From Oopsacas minuta (taxonomy: Eukaryota > Animalia > Porifera), in NCBI GenBank assembly GCA_024704765.1, contig JAKMXF010000111.1:310001-374000 (forward strand): a stretch of DNA of 64,000 nucleotides, written 5' to 3'. Both the position numbers and the translations under genes were made by a program. This document shows positions 22,000 to 34,377 of this stretch, piece by piece. Each line of letters begins with the position of its first letter. Positions within the stretch are counted from its first letter, which is position 1. The notes under the pieces were generated by a model. That model was not told where the DNA came from. It did no database searches and was given only the letters and a program-made list of their open reading frames with translations.

Positions 22000-24282
22000 T
22001 TATATCCATATAATCCCACTTATCACCACTGATATTATCAACACTACGAAGATCCATCTCGTATAGTGTAGCGATTCAGTTCCATTACCCTCAGGATTGA
22101 ACTTCAGTTTATCATAGAATTCTGCATCTGAGAATAAAAAGTTTTGGCATTGAGCTAAACCATCAGGTGCCGGATTCTGGTAATCTGGTGCTTCGTCTAT
22201 GATCAATGTCATGCCTTCCAGCTCGTGATTCATGATATGGCAATGTAAGAACCATGCGCCAGGATTATCTGAAATGAAGCGTAGCACAACATATCCACCT
22301 CCTGGAATCATAACTGTATCCTTCCTTACTGTCTTGTTCGTAATTTCAAAGGATTGTGGAGTCGTAAACCTGACAATAGTGCATGGAGTATTCTCACAAG
22401 TTAAATCCTGTGCATTCCCAGAAGCGAACCCTGTGCTGCTGTTATAATCTGGATAACCGATCTTTAACAGTTGGAATGTATGTCCATGTATATGTAATGG
22501 ATGTAGGAAGTGATCTCCAGGTTGTATTGAACTGACGACGAGCTGTACTGTTTGGTTGTAATCAAGTGTTAACACATGTGTGCAGAGACAATCGTCAATA
22601 TTGAATGGATCGCATGAAATTGAGTTGTCACATATTTGCGCTTGTTCGTTAAATAAATCACGTTGTACTACAGGTGGCGCTGGGGGGAAGATAAAGTTAC
22701 GACCATTGATTGTGCTAGAGCCAGCCTCGCCAGCGAAATTAAAGTTTAAGAAATGAGTATTTGATTCCGTGGGATCAGAACTTGGTACTTCTGCATTAGG
22801 TGTTTCTACCAGCAAAGTTAATTGATCAGCGTTAACACAGTTTATATTGTAAACAGGTAGAAATGATTGGAACGGGCAATTCACAGCGATACATGGTGTA
22901 CCAGCTAGACACTGTAGAGGTGGAGACGATTCCTTTATGGTACTATAATTAGAGGATTGGACACCGTTATCACCAGGACCTGTTGAATAATGGAGAATAC
23001 CTTCAGCGACATGACCTAATGTTTCATACGGTGCATTGCCAGTGATGTTAATTTCCATAGAGTTTGCTTCTATCCAATAGTTATCTACAGGACCTGTAGC
23101 ATTGAGAATGAAGTCATAACGTTCGCCTGAATGAATTATTAAATAATCTACATCCCTTACTGGCTCAACAAAATACCCGTCAGTTGCAACTATTATCAGT
23201 TTATGGCCTGCTATGGACAGTCTGTATGGTAAAATTCCCATTGAACCTATCACACGGAAGCGATACAATTTGCCCAATTCTACCGTAAATATGGATAATC
23301 GGGTTTGGATGTAGGGAACAGTTTCATGTCTTCCAAGCCCATTTATGAGCCCTGAGAAGAAAGGAACTGGTGATATATCCGAATTATCAAATGTTCGTGT
23401 ATCTTCGAATGCTTGGCTAAGTGGAATTGGAATATTTCCCAATGGAATTTGTGGATAAAATCCTATTTCTGAATTATCATTATGGTATACCACATCACCT
23501 TCTTCACGATACCAATCTGTAAGAGTAAGACTATGCTCTCCTGGTGTATCAACGAAATTCCCAACTCCAAACCTGGTTGCCAGAATCGATTTAGCAAGAT
23601 TAATACTATCTGCACTTTCCCTAATGATTAGCGCACCAAACAACCCATCAGCCCTTTGAGTTCCAGAATGTGAATGGTACCAATACGATCCCGAAGGTGC
23701 AGCTATGTATTTGTACTGGAAACTAGTGAAAGCACCGATATTACATTGTGTCACCAATCCAACTCCATCCATCCAGGGCGTATTGAATTGACGTAGTCCG
23801 TGCCAATGAATTGAAACACCGCCAGATAGTAAACGATTCGTCACGTTTATGATTACAGTCGCGCTTTCGTCAACTATAATCGTAGGCCCTGGCACCAGAC
23901 CGTTGACAGCTATGATAGATCTATAATTCTCACCATCAACCCAATTTGGCTCTGTGCATTGGACAACTGAACTATCACGATAATCACTACACTCTCCTTC
24001 ACCTACTGGTACCTCTGCGCCACTACCATTAATGTAATAATTCACTCCCGATATGCCTAGTCTACGGGTTAATCCACCCAGAATATGATAACTAGTGAAG
24101 GTAGTAAGACGTTCAATATTCAACGAAAATTCACAATCATAACCTACTTCGCATTCACATACCTTTCCTCCATAACTACAGTCTACGATACAGCGTGGTC
24201 TCCCATCGACAGTCAGTTTCTCTAAACATGTAGCATGTATCAGCGTTATGCTAGCCAAAATTAGTATAGTTTGTAGTAACAT
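22000..24282 (-). CDS. Laccase-type multicopper oxidase with signal peptide and C-terminal hydrophobic anchor; intronless
   Basis: 760 aa. All four Cu signatures: HWHG, WYHSH, HPLHIHGH, HCHIMNHELEGM (axial Met). N-terminal signal, Cys-rich pre-domain, and terminal WIFVVLIISVVISGIIWI. Confidence 0.95.
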   Translation of the reverse strand: MLLQTILILASITLIHATCLEKLTVDGRPRCIVDCSYGGKVCECEVGYDCEFSLNIERLTTFTSYHILGGLTRRLGISGVNYYINGSGAEVPVGEGECSDYRDSSVVQCTEPNWVDGENYRSIIAVNGLVPGPTIIVDESATVIINVTNRLLSGGVSIHWHGLRQFNTPWMDGVGLVTQCNIGAFTSFQYKYIAAPSGSYWYHSHSGTQRADGLFGALIIRESADSINLAKSILATRFGVGNFVDTPGEHSLTLTDWYREEGDVVYHNDNSEIGFYPQIPLGNIPIPLSQAFEDTRTFDNSDISPVPFFSGLINGLGRHETVPYIQTRLSIFTVELGKLYRFRVIGSMGILPYRLSIAGHKLIIVATDGYFVEPVRDVDYLIIHSGERYDFILNATGPVDNYWIEANSMEINITGNAPYETLGHVAEGILHYSTGPGDNGVQSSNYSTIKESSPPLQCLAGTPCIAVNCPFQSFLPVYNINCVNADQLTLLVETPNAEVPSSDPTESNTHFLNFNFAGEAGSSTINGRNFIFPPAPPVVQRDLFNEQAQICDNSISCDPFNIDDCLCTHVLTLDYNQTVQLVVSSIQPGDHFLHPLHIHGHTFQLLKIGYPDYNSSTGFASGNAQDLTCENTPCTIVRFTTPQSFEITNKTVRKDTVMIPGGGYVVLRFISDNPGAWFLHCHIMNHELEGMTLIIDEAPDYQNPAPDGLAQCQNFLFSDAEFYDKLKFNPEGNGTESLHYTRWIFVVLIISVVISGIIWI

Positions 24283-24830
24283 TTCAATTTACCATTCGCT
24301 ATCATAAATTGATTAAATACACAATCCAATCCTTTTAAACCTATAATTATGAGGCTGATAGGTTCGAATATTATGTAATTATATATTTGTGACGATGGAA
24401 TTGTTACCTTGAACTATATTTGGTCTCTGGATCAAGTTTCTCATATTATCTTAAAACAAATTATTGAAAGATACAATTACCTGAGACATATAAGATTGAT
24501 TTACCATATTAAGTTATGACAGGATGTTTGTATAGGTGTGAAATCCATCCCTCAGACAAGAATTGATCATATAAAAGGAATATACTGATGTCTCCACCCA
24601 TTCTTCTTAGAAATTGAAAGCTTAGTTTACTCTAATAGTACTAGCATATTTAGTGATTATTAGCAGAACCTTATTTATTCTTTAATATAATAATAATAAT
24701 AATAATCTCGTTATCTGGTGATCTTATCTTATTTGTTATGTTATTATAGAAACTTATGAGATTTGACAATTTCGCCTTAACTCAATGAAGTAAAATCCTA
24801 TTTCATCGCGTTATTTTGGTTATTTGATTA

Positions 24831-25065
24831 CCGTAAACTGGGTCTACTTTGGCCCACTGGGTTTGCTTTAGCCCAAATATTGAAATTTCCTTACGTATTG
24901 AATAGATATTGTATTTGTATTCGAAATTGTCTATCGATATTTGAAAATTCGTTAAAAATTTGGCAAGTCATTTTCAAGTACAATGCTGAATCTAATCTAG
25001 TTCTTTGAAACTTTGATATTTGGGCTAAAGCAAACCCAGTGGGACAAAGTAGCCCCAGACTACGG
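24831..25065. mobile_element. Tc1/mariner-type MITE (235 bp)
   Basis: About 48-bp TIRs CCGTAAACTGGGTCTACTTTGGCCCACTGGGTTTGCTTTAGCCCAAAT and its near-perfect inverse; TA flanks. Confidence 0.9.
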
Positions 25066-26417
25066 TATATTTCTTTCTCCTTTCCTCAGTACCTATAGCT
25101 CCAATACGTAACTATATCAATGTGTACATTAATTAATTGATTGCTATCCCTTAGTTAAGTATACTTGTGTTAGATTTTGTATAAGAAACATCATTATTTA
25201 TATTAAACACTCTGCTGAATTATGACCTATACACCCCCCGTGTATTAAATAGGCCATGGATGACTACATTACGTATCGTGCCAGTGGCTATGCTAGAGAT
25301 GGGGCTGAGAAGAGGCAAACTAAGAAATATTTAGAAAAATCTCGAATCACCGATGTTCCAGCATAATTTTCCCTTCGTCCCCCAGATTCAGCGTACATTG
25401 TTACTCTTTGAAAGGAAGTCCTCTATTATTTCAAGATTTAAATGTATTTGTTGATTTATATATTAAAATCAACAATAAATTTACATACGATAAATTGAAA
25501 ATGCGAAATTCGGATTGAGCGTATTTTGTTTTGTCTCATTAAAGCCGTTAAGAGCATGTCTCTACGTATATTTTGAGATTTCCATTATTTGTTTACTTTA
25601 TATTCATAAAAACAACAAAAATTACATGCTAAAGCTAAAGTATGAAAAAATGAAAATGAGAAATTCTGATTCAGTGTACTTGATTACGCTATATATCTGT
25701 TGAGCAAGAGTTTAGATTTTACATACAAATGTGTGAACATCTTGAATATTACATAGATATGTAGGAAAAGATGATTAATCATCAAAAAGGTGTGAAAATA
25801 TACACATTATAAATTTTTCAAAATATACGTATGTTATATACTTAATAGCAATATTTGTCTATTAGCAACCTATTTTCAGGTTGCAAGTGTAGATTTTGTA
25901 CGAATTATGTTCGCCTATTAGCTACCTAGCATATTAGCAATTGTTTGAGAACCAAAACCCAAGTTGCTAATTGGGTTACCCACTGTACTTATATGTATGC
26001 ATCTCTAATCTGTCCTTGTCCACCAAAAATGCAATATAATAATGATATACGTATCATCATTCGGGTATTGACGCTGACAATGCCTGAAAAAGTAAATATA
26101 AATATAGAATCCAAACTTTTGTTATATCATTTATTTAAAACAGAAATACGGAAATTTCCCTTCAATCGATTTACCTAATTAATCGAAATGTATAAACAAA
26201 CAATAATTATATGCTAATAATAATGTTATGAATAAAACAGCAAGATATGCAACTAATACAATAGTAATAGTAGCAGGAGATAAAATATTAAAAAGCAAAC
26301 AGCCTAAAAGAATTACCATAGAATTGTTCAAATATATACAATCACTAATTACTTACTGAGTTTGGTTATTTACAAACGTATACACATCTGCACAAATTCT
26401 ATAATACAATGAATTGG

Positions 26418-27069
26418 CTAAGTAAAGTTTCCTCCAGCTATTGGTCCAATATATTCCCTCAAGATGTAACTCTTCACTGCTAGGAATATCTTCCCCATCG
26501 CATCAGTGTCCGTAGCACAGGTGAAATGTGTGGACAGAATTTCGCCACGATCACCATATACCGCGCTGAACATCTGTTTTTATATAATTCTTGGCCTCCC
26601 TCGTAAGGGAAATACTCCTCAAGGTTAGATGTCAATATCTTCTTTTCGAATAGATCAAACTTGTTGAAGAACACCACTATCATTGCGTTTTTAAACCATG
26701 GATATTTGATAATCGTCTCGAAGAGTTGTAAGCTCTCCAAGAGTCGGTTATCATCTTTCTCAGTCTCAGCCAGGACTTGATCATACTCACTGATCGCAGT
26801 AAGGAATATTACACTTTGTACATTCTCAAAAGAAGATATCCATTTCCTGCGCTCTCCTCGCTGACCGCCTACATCTACCACGAGGAAGTTCTGTCCGTAG
26901 ATGTTGAAATTGTACTCGTGTATTCCTACTGTCTTGAGACGTACCCTCACAATGTCCTCTCGTGTTGGGTTGTAGTCATCTTCCTTCACGCGGTCTAGAG
27001 CGTCCAGAAAGTATTCTTCGGAATCTGAGATCTGGAATTTGTTTCTCTTCTCAAAGCACTGCTTCACAC
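26418..27069 (-). pseudogene. Heterotrimeric G-protein alpha subunit, C-terminal exon only (Gq-like, divergent), frameshifted as assembled
   Basis: Acceptor TTCTTATAG|GT at 27069; RLKTVGI, DVGGQRGERRKW, NKFD. After a shift near 26577-26581 a second frame gives KQMF...THFTCATDT...YILREYIGPIAGGNFT* (stop 26418-26420). No P-loop exon seen in the window; could be a real gene with a long intron plus a sequencing error. Confidence 0.75.
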
Positions 27070-27552
27070 CTATAAGAAACAGTCAAACTTAGCATACAAA
27101 ATACCACGAAATCCGTATTTTTAAACCTTTTTATGTTCAATAATTTGTATTGGAACGTGAACTACGTAATATAAGGACTGGAAACACAATAAAAACTGGA
27201 CCATGGATGAACTACAAGTGCATTCGTTTTTTGCTATTTATTATTAGTTATGAACTTTAAACGATAAATGTACTTATTTTTATTGGAAATCGACTCTGAA
27301 ATTGGACCAGGGATGAAATAGAAGTTATTTAAATAAGATATTATTATTAACCCATAACATCTAAACCATAATTGGATTATATCATTAATTTATTTTATTC
27401 AATGAATACAGGTACTGTTTTGGAATATTCTATTCTGTATTTTACCGGGAACTTTTCCGTGATTGGAATTCCCCGATTTTTCGTCTTTATACATTTCCTC
27501 CTTCTTCGTTTTACCTTTTTCTTTTATTTACATGTATTTTAGACACTTCTTA

Positions 27553-28821
27553 ATGCCAAATGCATATTCTGTATTTGAGTGCAAAACTAATTACAGAGGT
27601 CACCCCACTGGCACTGTTTTCAGTTTACCGAAAGGATCTGAAGACTTGAAAGAGAAGTGGATTAGTGCTCTTCATAGGGATCTAGCCGAAGATCTTCCAG
27701 AGGATAAATATTCATTTGCATACACCATTTTAGGAAGGAAGATCTTATCCGCGTTGACCGGGCACTCCAAACTGATGGTAGCTACTCCGAAATACCACGC
27801 ATTAGACCAATTTATCGTCCGAACGCAGTGCCTATTATTTTCCAAGCAGGCCCATCATATTTGAATACAACTGGTCAAATAGCAAAGCGTTTAAATCTTG
27901 AATCTAAGGAAGAGGAAAACTTTGCTAAAGCTCTTCACGATAGCATTATACAAGATCAACAAGATTCATTACTGTTCGGTTTGAGGAATTTTGAGGATCT
28001 TAAAATTAAGTTGCCAGAGTTACACCTTAACCAAGATTGGGCGATCTGATACTCCTCTAGTAATACCTTAGAGATCATACACCTGGAATTCGCCAATCAG
28101 TCTCTACATAATCTATCTACCTTATCAATTCATTCAGATTTAACAGTTTCAGCAGTTTGTTGCCAACCACCAAGTTTCTTTGAGTCTCAGTAGATTAACC
28201 GATATACTACAGATTGAAATCTTAATTAGTGATATTCTAAACTACACAAATCCTGAATTATTTGAATCCAGTTTTGTTCTAGAAAATATTCTCACAAATA
28301 TATCTTGTGATAAGTATGCTGAATTGTTACATGATCTAAGTTCTATTGACCTCAACCTTCATCTTCTCCAATCAATTGTATTTATTTGTGGTTACGCTGT
28401 ATACTCTTATCTTAAAACTGCCACTTGCCATCTTTGTAGTCAGCAACTAACTGAGAACCAAGATATTGAGATTACAGACACTATTAAATATGACCTTATA
28501 AGGTACATTGATTGTAGTTCTCTGAAATGGCCTTTAGAAATAGTAATTGAATCTATTGTCGTATTATGGAAAATAATTATCAAGATTGATGAGAATGAAA
28601 CTCTTAGAAAACACTTCTATTCCTCGTCATCAAGAAAGGTATTAATTCAGCTGACTGAAAATATGTTGGCTGATAATTTTATCCAGCATTGGAGAGATAA
28701 TTGTAAGGGTTGTGATACTTCTGGTTGGACTATCCTTAGGAAGATCCTTAGTGTATGTACTAATTGCATACTAGCTAATAAAGTTCGCAATGTCAACTCT
28801 GAAATCACATCTTCCTCGTAA
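27553..28821 (+). mobile_element. THAP-domain / P-element (THAP9)-like transposase remnant with internal deletion
   Basis: Degenerate THAP finger across a frameshift (MPNAYSVFECKTNY...VFSLPK...KWISALHRD; ICIHHF...NAVPIIF) and a P-transposase-like C-terminus (ICGYAVYSYLKTATCHLC...LIRYIDCSSLKWP...CKGC). No catalytic core between them. Confidence 0.7.
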
Positions 28822-29030
28822 TAGTTACATAAATATTCGTGTGAATACTTACATAATTATGTGAAATATTCAGAGCCTATAACCTCACTTATAATTCAGT
28901 AGAATTTTATTATTTTGAGTTTCTAAATTCAATTTACAGGTTTTTATGTTCGTTTGTTGTACACGATTTGAAAGTGAGGTTTATCATATTGTTGGCAACG
29001 AAATAGGAGATAGGAATGTTAATGAATAGC

Positions 29031-29214
29031 CAGTCAACTCCCATTATATCGAAGTTAGAAATTGGAAAAATATGTTCCTAACACTTCCAGTTCGAACTAT
29101 ACTAAATCGAAGTGATTATCACAGTCCCTTAAGCTTGGATACAACAGGAGTTGACTGTATGTTATTGGACCATATTTATACAATTTCACACTTCGATATA
29201 ACGGGAGTTGACTG
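29031..29214. mobile_element. pogo-type MITE with a duplicated right end
   Basis: CAGTCAACTCCCATTATATCGAAGT / ACTTCGATATAACGGGAGTTGACTG; a second right-TIR copy ends at 29157. Confidence 0.75.
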
Positions 29215-29244
29215 TGCGTATATTTCTCACACAGGTTTGATGGG

Positions 29245-32200
29245 ATGGATTCAATATATGGAAGAGATGTTACTGCCCAGACACAACTAAGATTCAGTCT
29301 TAATAAAGCAAATAATTTCCAGAGGCCTGATTCTCTTCAAGGACAGATACCCCAAAATAGACCCTTCCCTAGATACCAAATTGGAGATATAGTGAATTCC
29401 AATCCACCTAGCAACATCTATCAAACTGTGAGTGACTAATCGTTGGTCAAACGCTTCCCTGGATTTTATTTGCTATGTCAGGGATTGTCATCAACTTTTC
29501 TAGATATCAAAGTGTTATATCAAAGATAGTAATTGTAGGCTTATACGTTTTCAGATATTTCCCCGATTTTCAAATTCTTCCTTGGGTTTCTTGGAGAATT
29601 TGAAAGTTAAAAATATTTTTTTAGAATTTTCACCATCCTAATCATCTCCAAAACCGAGTATTTGTGAGTCCAGTAACTCTAACACACGTGTCAAGTGGTC
29701 ATGCCATAAATATCGACACAAGAGACATAGAGCCACCCTCTCCAAATGATAGACAGGACATATTCTCGAACAGTGACCCTAGGGGGTACATGGGTTCCTC
29801 TTCACGAGAGGAACATTTTATACCTCCTAATGACTACGATCAGATTGAACAAGTATCAATTCCGGAAAGTGGAGATTCTGGTAAGAATAACATAGTTACA
29901 AACTTGAAATTTGGCATGCTTATGGAATGTGATAAATATAGGAAAATGTACGAATATCTAATTGAAATATTCACATATCTCTGAGTAAAGGTGACTAATG
30001 TGTCCGGTCTATCAGATTTGAAGGATTATCTAGTTTTTATGAGGCTGATATTCTATTGGTTGATTAATACATTCCAATAGGCTTAAGTCGTACTCCTGAC
30101 AACTCATCTGAGGGTCCCCCTATCCAACTCATTGACCCCTCATTCCGTCCAAGGAACTCCACAGCACCTCAACCAACAGTAGAGTACATATACCAGCAGA
30201 AACACCTTTCAGCTCAAAGACAACGGTCCTCTAATCTGCCCTCCTCGAGTAGGATAGAGTTCTCTATCAAACTAAGCTTAAGACCAACTCAATACACCTT
30301 TGGATTAATACTAGGGGAAGGTGCTATTGTGGAGAAGGTATTTGTTTATTGTTTGTTTGTCTGTTTGTTTGTTGACCCTATTACAACGGTTAACAAATGC
30401 CTGTCATGTAGTCTATGGAGCCATTGGTGAAGATCTGGGACCGAGGTCATGTGGGCCTGTATTTGAAAGGTGTTAATTAATCATATTCGTCACACAGGTA
30501 GACGGAGCACCTGCTATAAACGAGGACATACAAGTAGGTGATAAAGTGTCCTCTATAAATGGCAGAGCATGTGATCAGCTGTCCCACAATCAGCTGAAGG
30601 AGTTATTAACAGAGGCTGCTCGATATAGAAGTGTGACTCTTAATATTAGTCGTGTGACAAGGCCCGTAGCACCTGAACTACACCGTACATACACAGATCT
30701 ACCTCTAGGGTCGATACGTATCTCACAGCCCCCATACATGAATCACTCTTCCTACGCGCCACCTATCCGCTACTTGAGTTGTCGACACCTTGCTCCACAT
30801 ACTGACGATTCATCACAGGGGAGACATTCCTGGCCTCATTGTCCGATCATCCCAGCTGCAACCGGCCCTCAACCAATCAGATATCAGCCTCGTGACGGGC
30901 TAGCGGCTCATCAGCTGTACTCGGGGATATCTGATGTTTCTCAGTTACAAGAGGATTCAATGCTTAGTACAATTCATGAAGTACCAAGGAAGCAACATGT
31001 TAACTCTATGCAGATGGTAAGTATTACTGTGTGTAGTATAGTCACTATATAATAAATTGGCGACAATATCCTGTTCACACCTTAGGGATTGAGACACCAA
31101 ATTTCGCATGTATACTCGTAGTTACCTCTAGTTGTACACCTGACATTAGAAACTTTTCCAAGGTAGAAACCGATTGAATATTGCTATTCATGAATAGCAA
31201 CCTAACCGAATATTGAACTGCTCTGTTTGCAACCTTGATATTTTCACAAATTTCATACATTTTCATTTTAGTCATTTTGGTTAATGCATACTAGCTTTCT
31301 ATTGATCTGGCGGAGTGTATGTAATAGTATTAGTGAGGTCCTATTGGGATATGTTCTATAAGAGGGACGATATCGTCCGCGCTGTCCTGAGGAATCTCTT
31401 GGTCCAATTGACATGAAAATTGGCACATGGATACATTTTGGTGTGTAGATATGCACCTCGGCTATGGAATGTTATAAAGTTAATAATTTCACACCTTTTA
31501 GTAGTTAAAGTTTGACCTATCAGATTAGGTCTTGTTATCATTTTATTCTTTTCAGGTCCTAGAGACGATGAGACAGTTACGAGACAAATACGGTCCCGAA
31601 TTGGAACAGAGGGAGCTACAGGTGTTGGACAGCTTCCTATCTGACCCAGATATCATTCCCGCTTATAAGATATGTAAAAGAATGAACAGAGCAAGAGAAT
31701 CCCTAAACGATCAGAAGACCCTTTCTCGAAAATCACCAACAGTGCTCACCTCCTCGGGGACTGTATCAAAGACTTGAGGAACAAATTTGGTTCAGACCCT
31801 GATCGAACCGAGCTAATATATCTCCTCTCATCTCTCAATCTAACTCATACTCTTGTGTCACATGATAGAATTGCTACTATTGATTTCTTCACACTTTCCC
31901 CGTCTCCTTTATATCCACATAGCGGGCTAACTCCTCTTCACTCTCCTGGCAAATTACCCCCGAATATTTCCAGAAGTGTCTCAAGTTCAGGTTTGTTAGA
32001 AGGAACAAATTCTAGAGAATTCCGAATCGACAGTGCGGCTAGATCAGGGTCTGTAGCCTCTGCCCTGCAACTTATTGACCTGCACACACGGGAGAATTCT
32101 CGCAGCTCCTCTGTGTACCAACGACCCATAAGTAGGACAGTTTATGGGGGCAAGGGTATCAATGCGCGTATCGTATTGGTCCGTAAGTCCCATAAACAGA

Positions 32201-33456
32201 TGGGTTGTACTGTTAATAAGGTCGGAGACTCTATAATTGTGACAGGGACACTGAAACACTCAGATGCTGAGAAATGTGGCCGGCTACATCCGGGAGATGA
32301 GATCCTTGAGGTGAATGGGAAGACAGTTAGGGGGCGATCTTCTGAACATGTGATGAACTTCATTTTATCGCAGACTGGTCCAATGATTGTGTTCCTAATT
32401 GTTCCTTGTTTGGGGGCTGACAAAAAGGAGATATTTATCCGTCCATTTTATGATTTTTCAGCTCAGCAAGTACCGGATTGTTCCTTTATTGATGTCTTGT
32501 TACCCTTTAATAAGGGAGAGATTTTAAGATTATTGTCCTGTCACGATGATGAATGGTGGGAAGCCAAACAGCTGGTTGATGCCCCCGAAGCAGTCCCAGG
32601 CCTCATTCCTGCAAAAAAGAAGGAAGACCCGAATGATCTCCTCCCTGGAGAGGTCCCCGAACCAGGCGGCAAGTCTAAGAAAAGATCAGATGGCCAAAGT
32701 CGAAGAAAATAAGAAATCAGATTTGAGTATTGACTCCAGTAATGTACAATTGACACAGGACGTTGTGACTTATGAAGAAGTGGGACTTTTGACACCTACT
32801 TCGAACTATAAACCCCGTCCCATAATCGTGGTTGGCGCCTCGGGTGTTGGACATAAACGTGTGATACAGTCCTTGTTGGATAAATACCCGTATATATTTT
32901 GTCTCCCAATTTATCATACGTCTCGCCCGGCGAAATCTCATGAGAAGAAAGGAATCGAGTATCATTTCACGAGCCGGAGGGTCTTCGAACAGTCCGCTGG
33001 TCAGAAAATAATCTTGGACCCATGGGAGACCGGGTCTCATATGTACGGTGTAGCCGCTACCTCCATGCAGGTCGTTGTGGAGAGTGGAAAGTATTGTATA
33101 CAAGCTTTGACCCCTGATTCTATGCGATTCATACGAAATCAAACCAATTTAATACCCTATGTTATATTCCTGGCAGCTCCACAGCCTGCGATACTACGTG
33201 AACAGCTTACACAGACACAAAAGGGAGCTTTCAGACGCGTCCGTTCGGACCAAGGTTCAAAAGACAAACAAATAACCTCGATTATATCCGCTAGCCTCGA
33301 AATATCCCAGGAATTTGGTGGGTATTTTGATGAAGTCATAACTAACTTAGTTTCAGAATAACAGCTGATCATATTTACCAAATTTCAGTTCGTTTGAAGA
33401 ATGAGCCTCAATGGGTACCCATTTCTTGGATTCACACCCTAAACCCCCCTCATTAA
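29245..33456 (+). CDS. MAGUK p55-family scaffold, MPP5(PALS1/Stardust)/MPP7-like: PDZ-L27N-L27C-PDZ-SH3-GuK; three frameshifts as assembled
   Basis: GT-AG exons 29235-29427, 29625-29880, 30081-30337, 30498-31016, 31556-33456. PDZ (FGLILGEG...IQVGDKVSSING), L27 pair (ELIYLLSS...SHDRIA), PDZ (QMGCTV...LHPGDEILEVNG), SH3 (LPFNKGEIL...DEWWEA...GLIP), GuK (RPIIVVGASGVG; HTSRP; EYHF) and terminal EPQWVPISW. Frameshifts near 31676-31679, 32613-32618 and 33346. Start codon uncertain. Confidence 0.88.
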
Positions 33457-33635
33457 CTGCCCCCTGCTAACTGGTGTATTTATTGTCCTTCATTTTGAAT
33501 GTATATATCTATTAACAGGCTTTGTTGTTGTTTATATTCCTTCTGGCATTATAAGATTAGTATTATATTGAGCTATTATTATGTAATGTGATTTATTGAC
33601 ACAAAAGCAAAATTGCAAAATACTCTGAAAAGTTC

Positions 33636-34377
33636 TCAAACATATTTTTCCTCGTTCTTATCATTGTCTTCTTTTCCGTTCGCTGCTATAAAGAGCCCAC
33701 CTGCCACCACCGTGAGTACCGCTCCGACATCAACACCTACTGCTCCTGCCACAACTGCTTTTTGAACCTGACCAGATTTCTTCTTACCAGTAGCACAAAA
33801 TGAAGCGAAATGTTCACAATTATTAAAAACTAGGCTGTAATCGTCCCATTCTTCTGGGTGTTTAAGATAGTATCTTGCTACTTCTACTATTTGTTCTCTG
33901 GGGTGTGTGGCATCATACCTATAATGTACATACAGTAAACATCAACAAGACACAGAGGTTTTATTTGGAACCTCGTTAATACGAAGATCAACGGGCGGTC
34001 AAATTTGTTATCTTTATCCTGAATATGTAATAACCAGAGTACAGGTAAACCTCCGAAATGCTGCACTCTTGGGAACAGCACTTGTGCCGGGTCTTCAGAG
34101 GTTGTCGTGTTTCAAAACTGCTGCTTTCGAGGTTTACCTGACGTCTTTCCCGGAAATTCTTATTAACGAAGTTTCACTGTATTTACCTTTTAAGTGACAC
34201 TTCATATCCACTGGCGAACTCATCATAGCTCATTAATTTGATACCATCTTGTGAGAAATGTATTACCCCTTCATCTCCTATATAAACACCGTAGTGATTA
34301 GCTAATTCAAAGACTTTATTGTCTCTGTATATAACATCTCCTGGCTGTAAATTGTTCTGTGTAACAGCCTTACCCAT
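33636..34377 (-). CDS. PLAAT/HRASLS/LRAT-family (permuted NlpC/P60) phospholipase-acyltransferase, 157 aa, two exons
   Basis: Exons 34377-34187 and 33918-33636 join in frame (phase 2; AG|GTAAAT...TTATAG|G). PGDVI...HYGVYIG...VIHF, catalytic NNCEHFA, C-terminal hydrophobic segment. Confidence 0.9.
33966..34179 (-). mobile_element. pogo-type MITE in the PLAAT intron (family also at 34564 and 48927)
   Basis: Ends TGGAACCTCGTTAATACGAA (truncated) and TTATTAACGAAGTTTCACTG followed by TA. Confidence 0.7.

Noticed and set aside
32613-32619. A-AAA-AAG slippery heptamer at the MAGUK frameshift (programmed -1 frameshifting)
   Set aside because: The GuK frame is +1 relative to the SH3 frame; a -1 slip hits TGA within a few codons.
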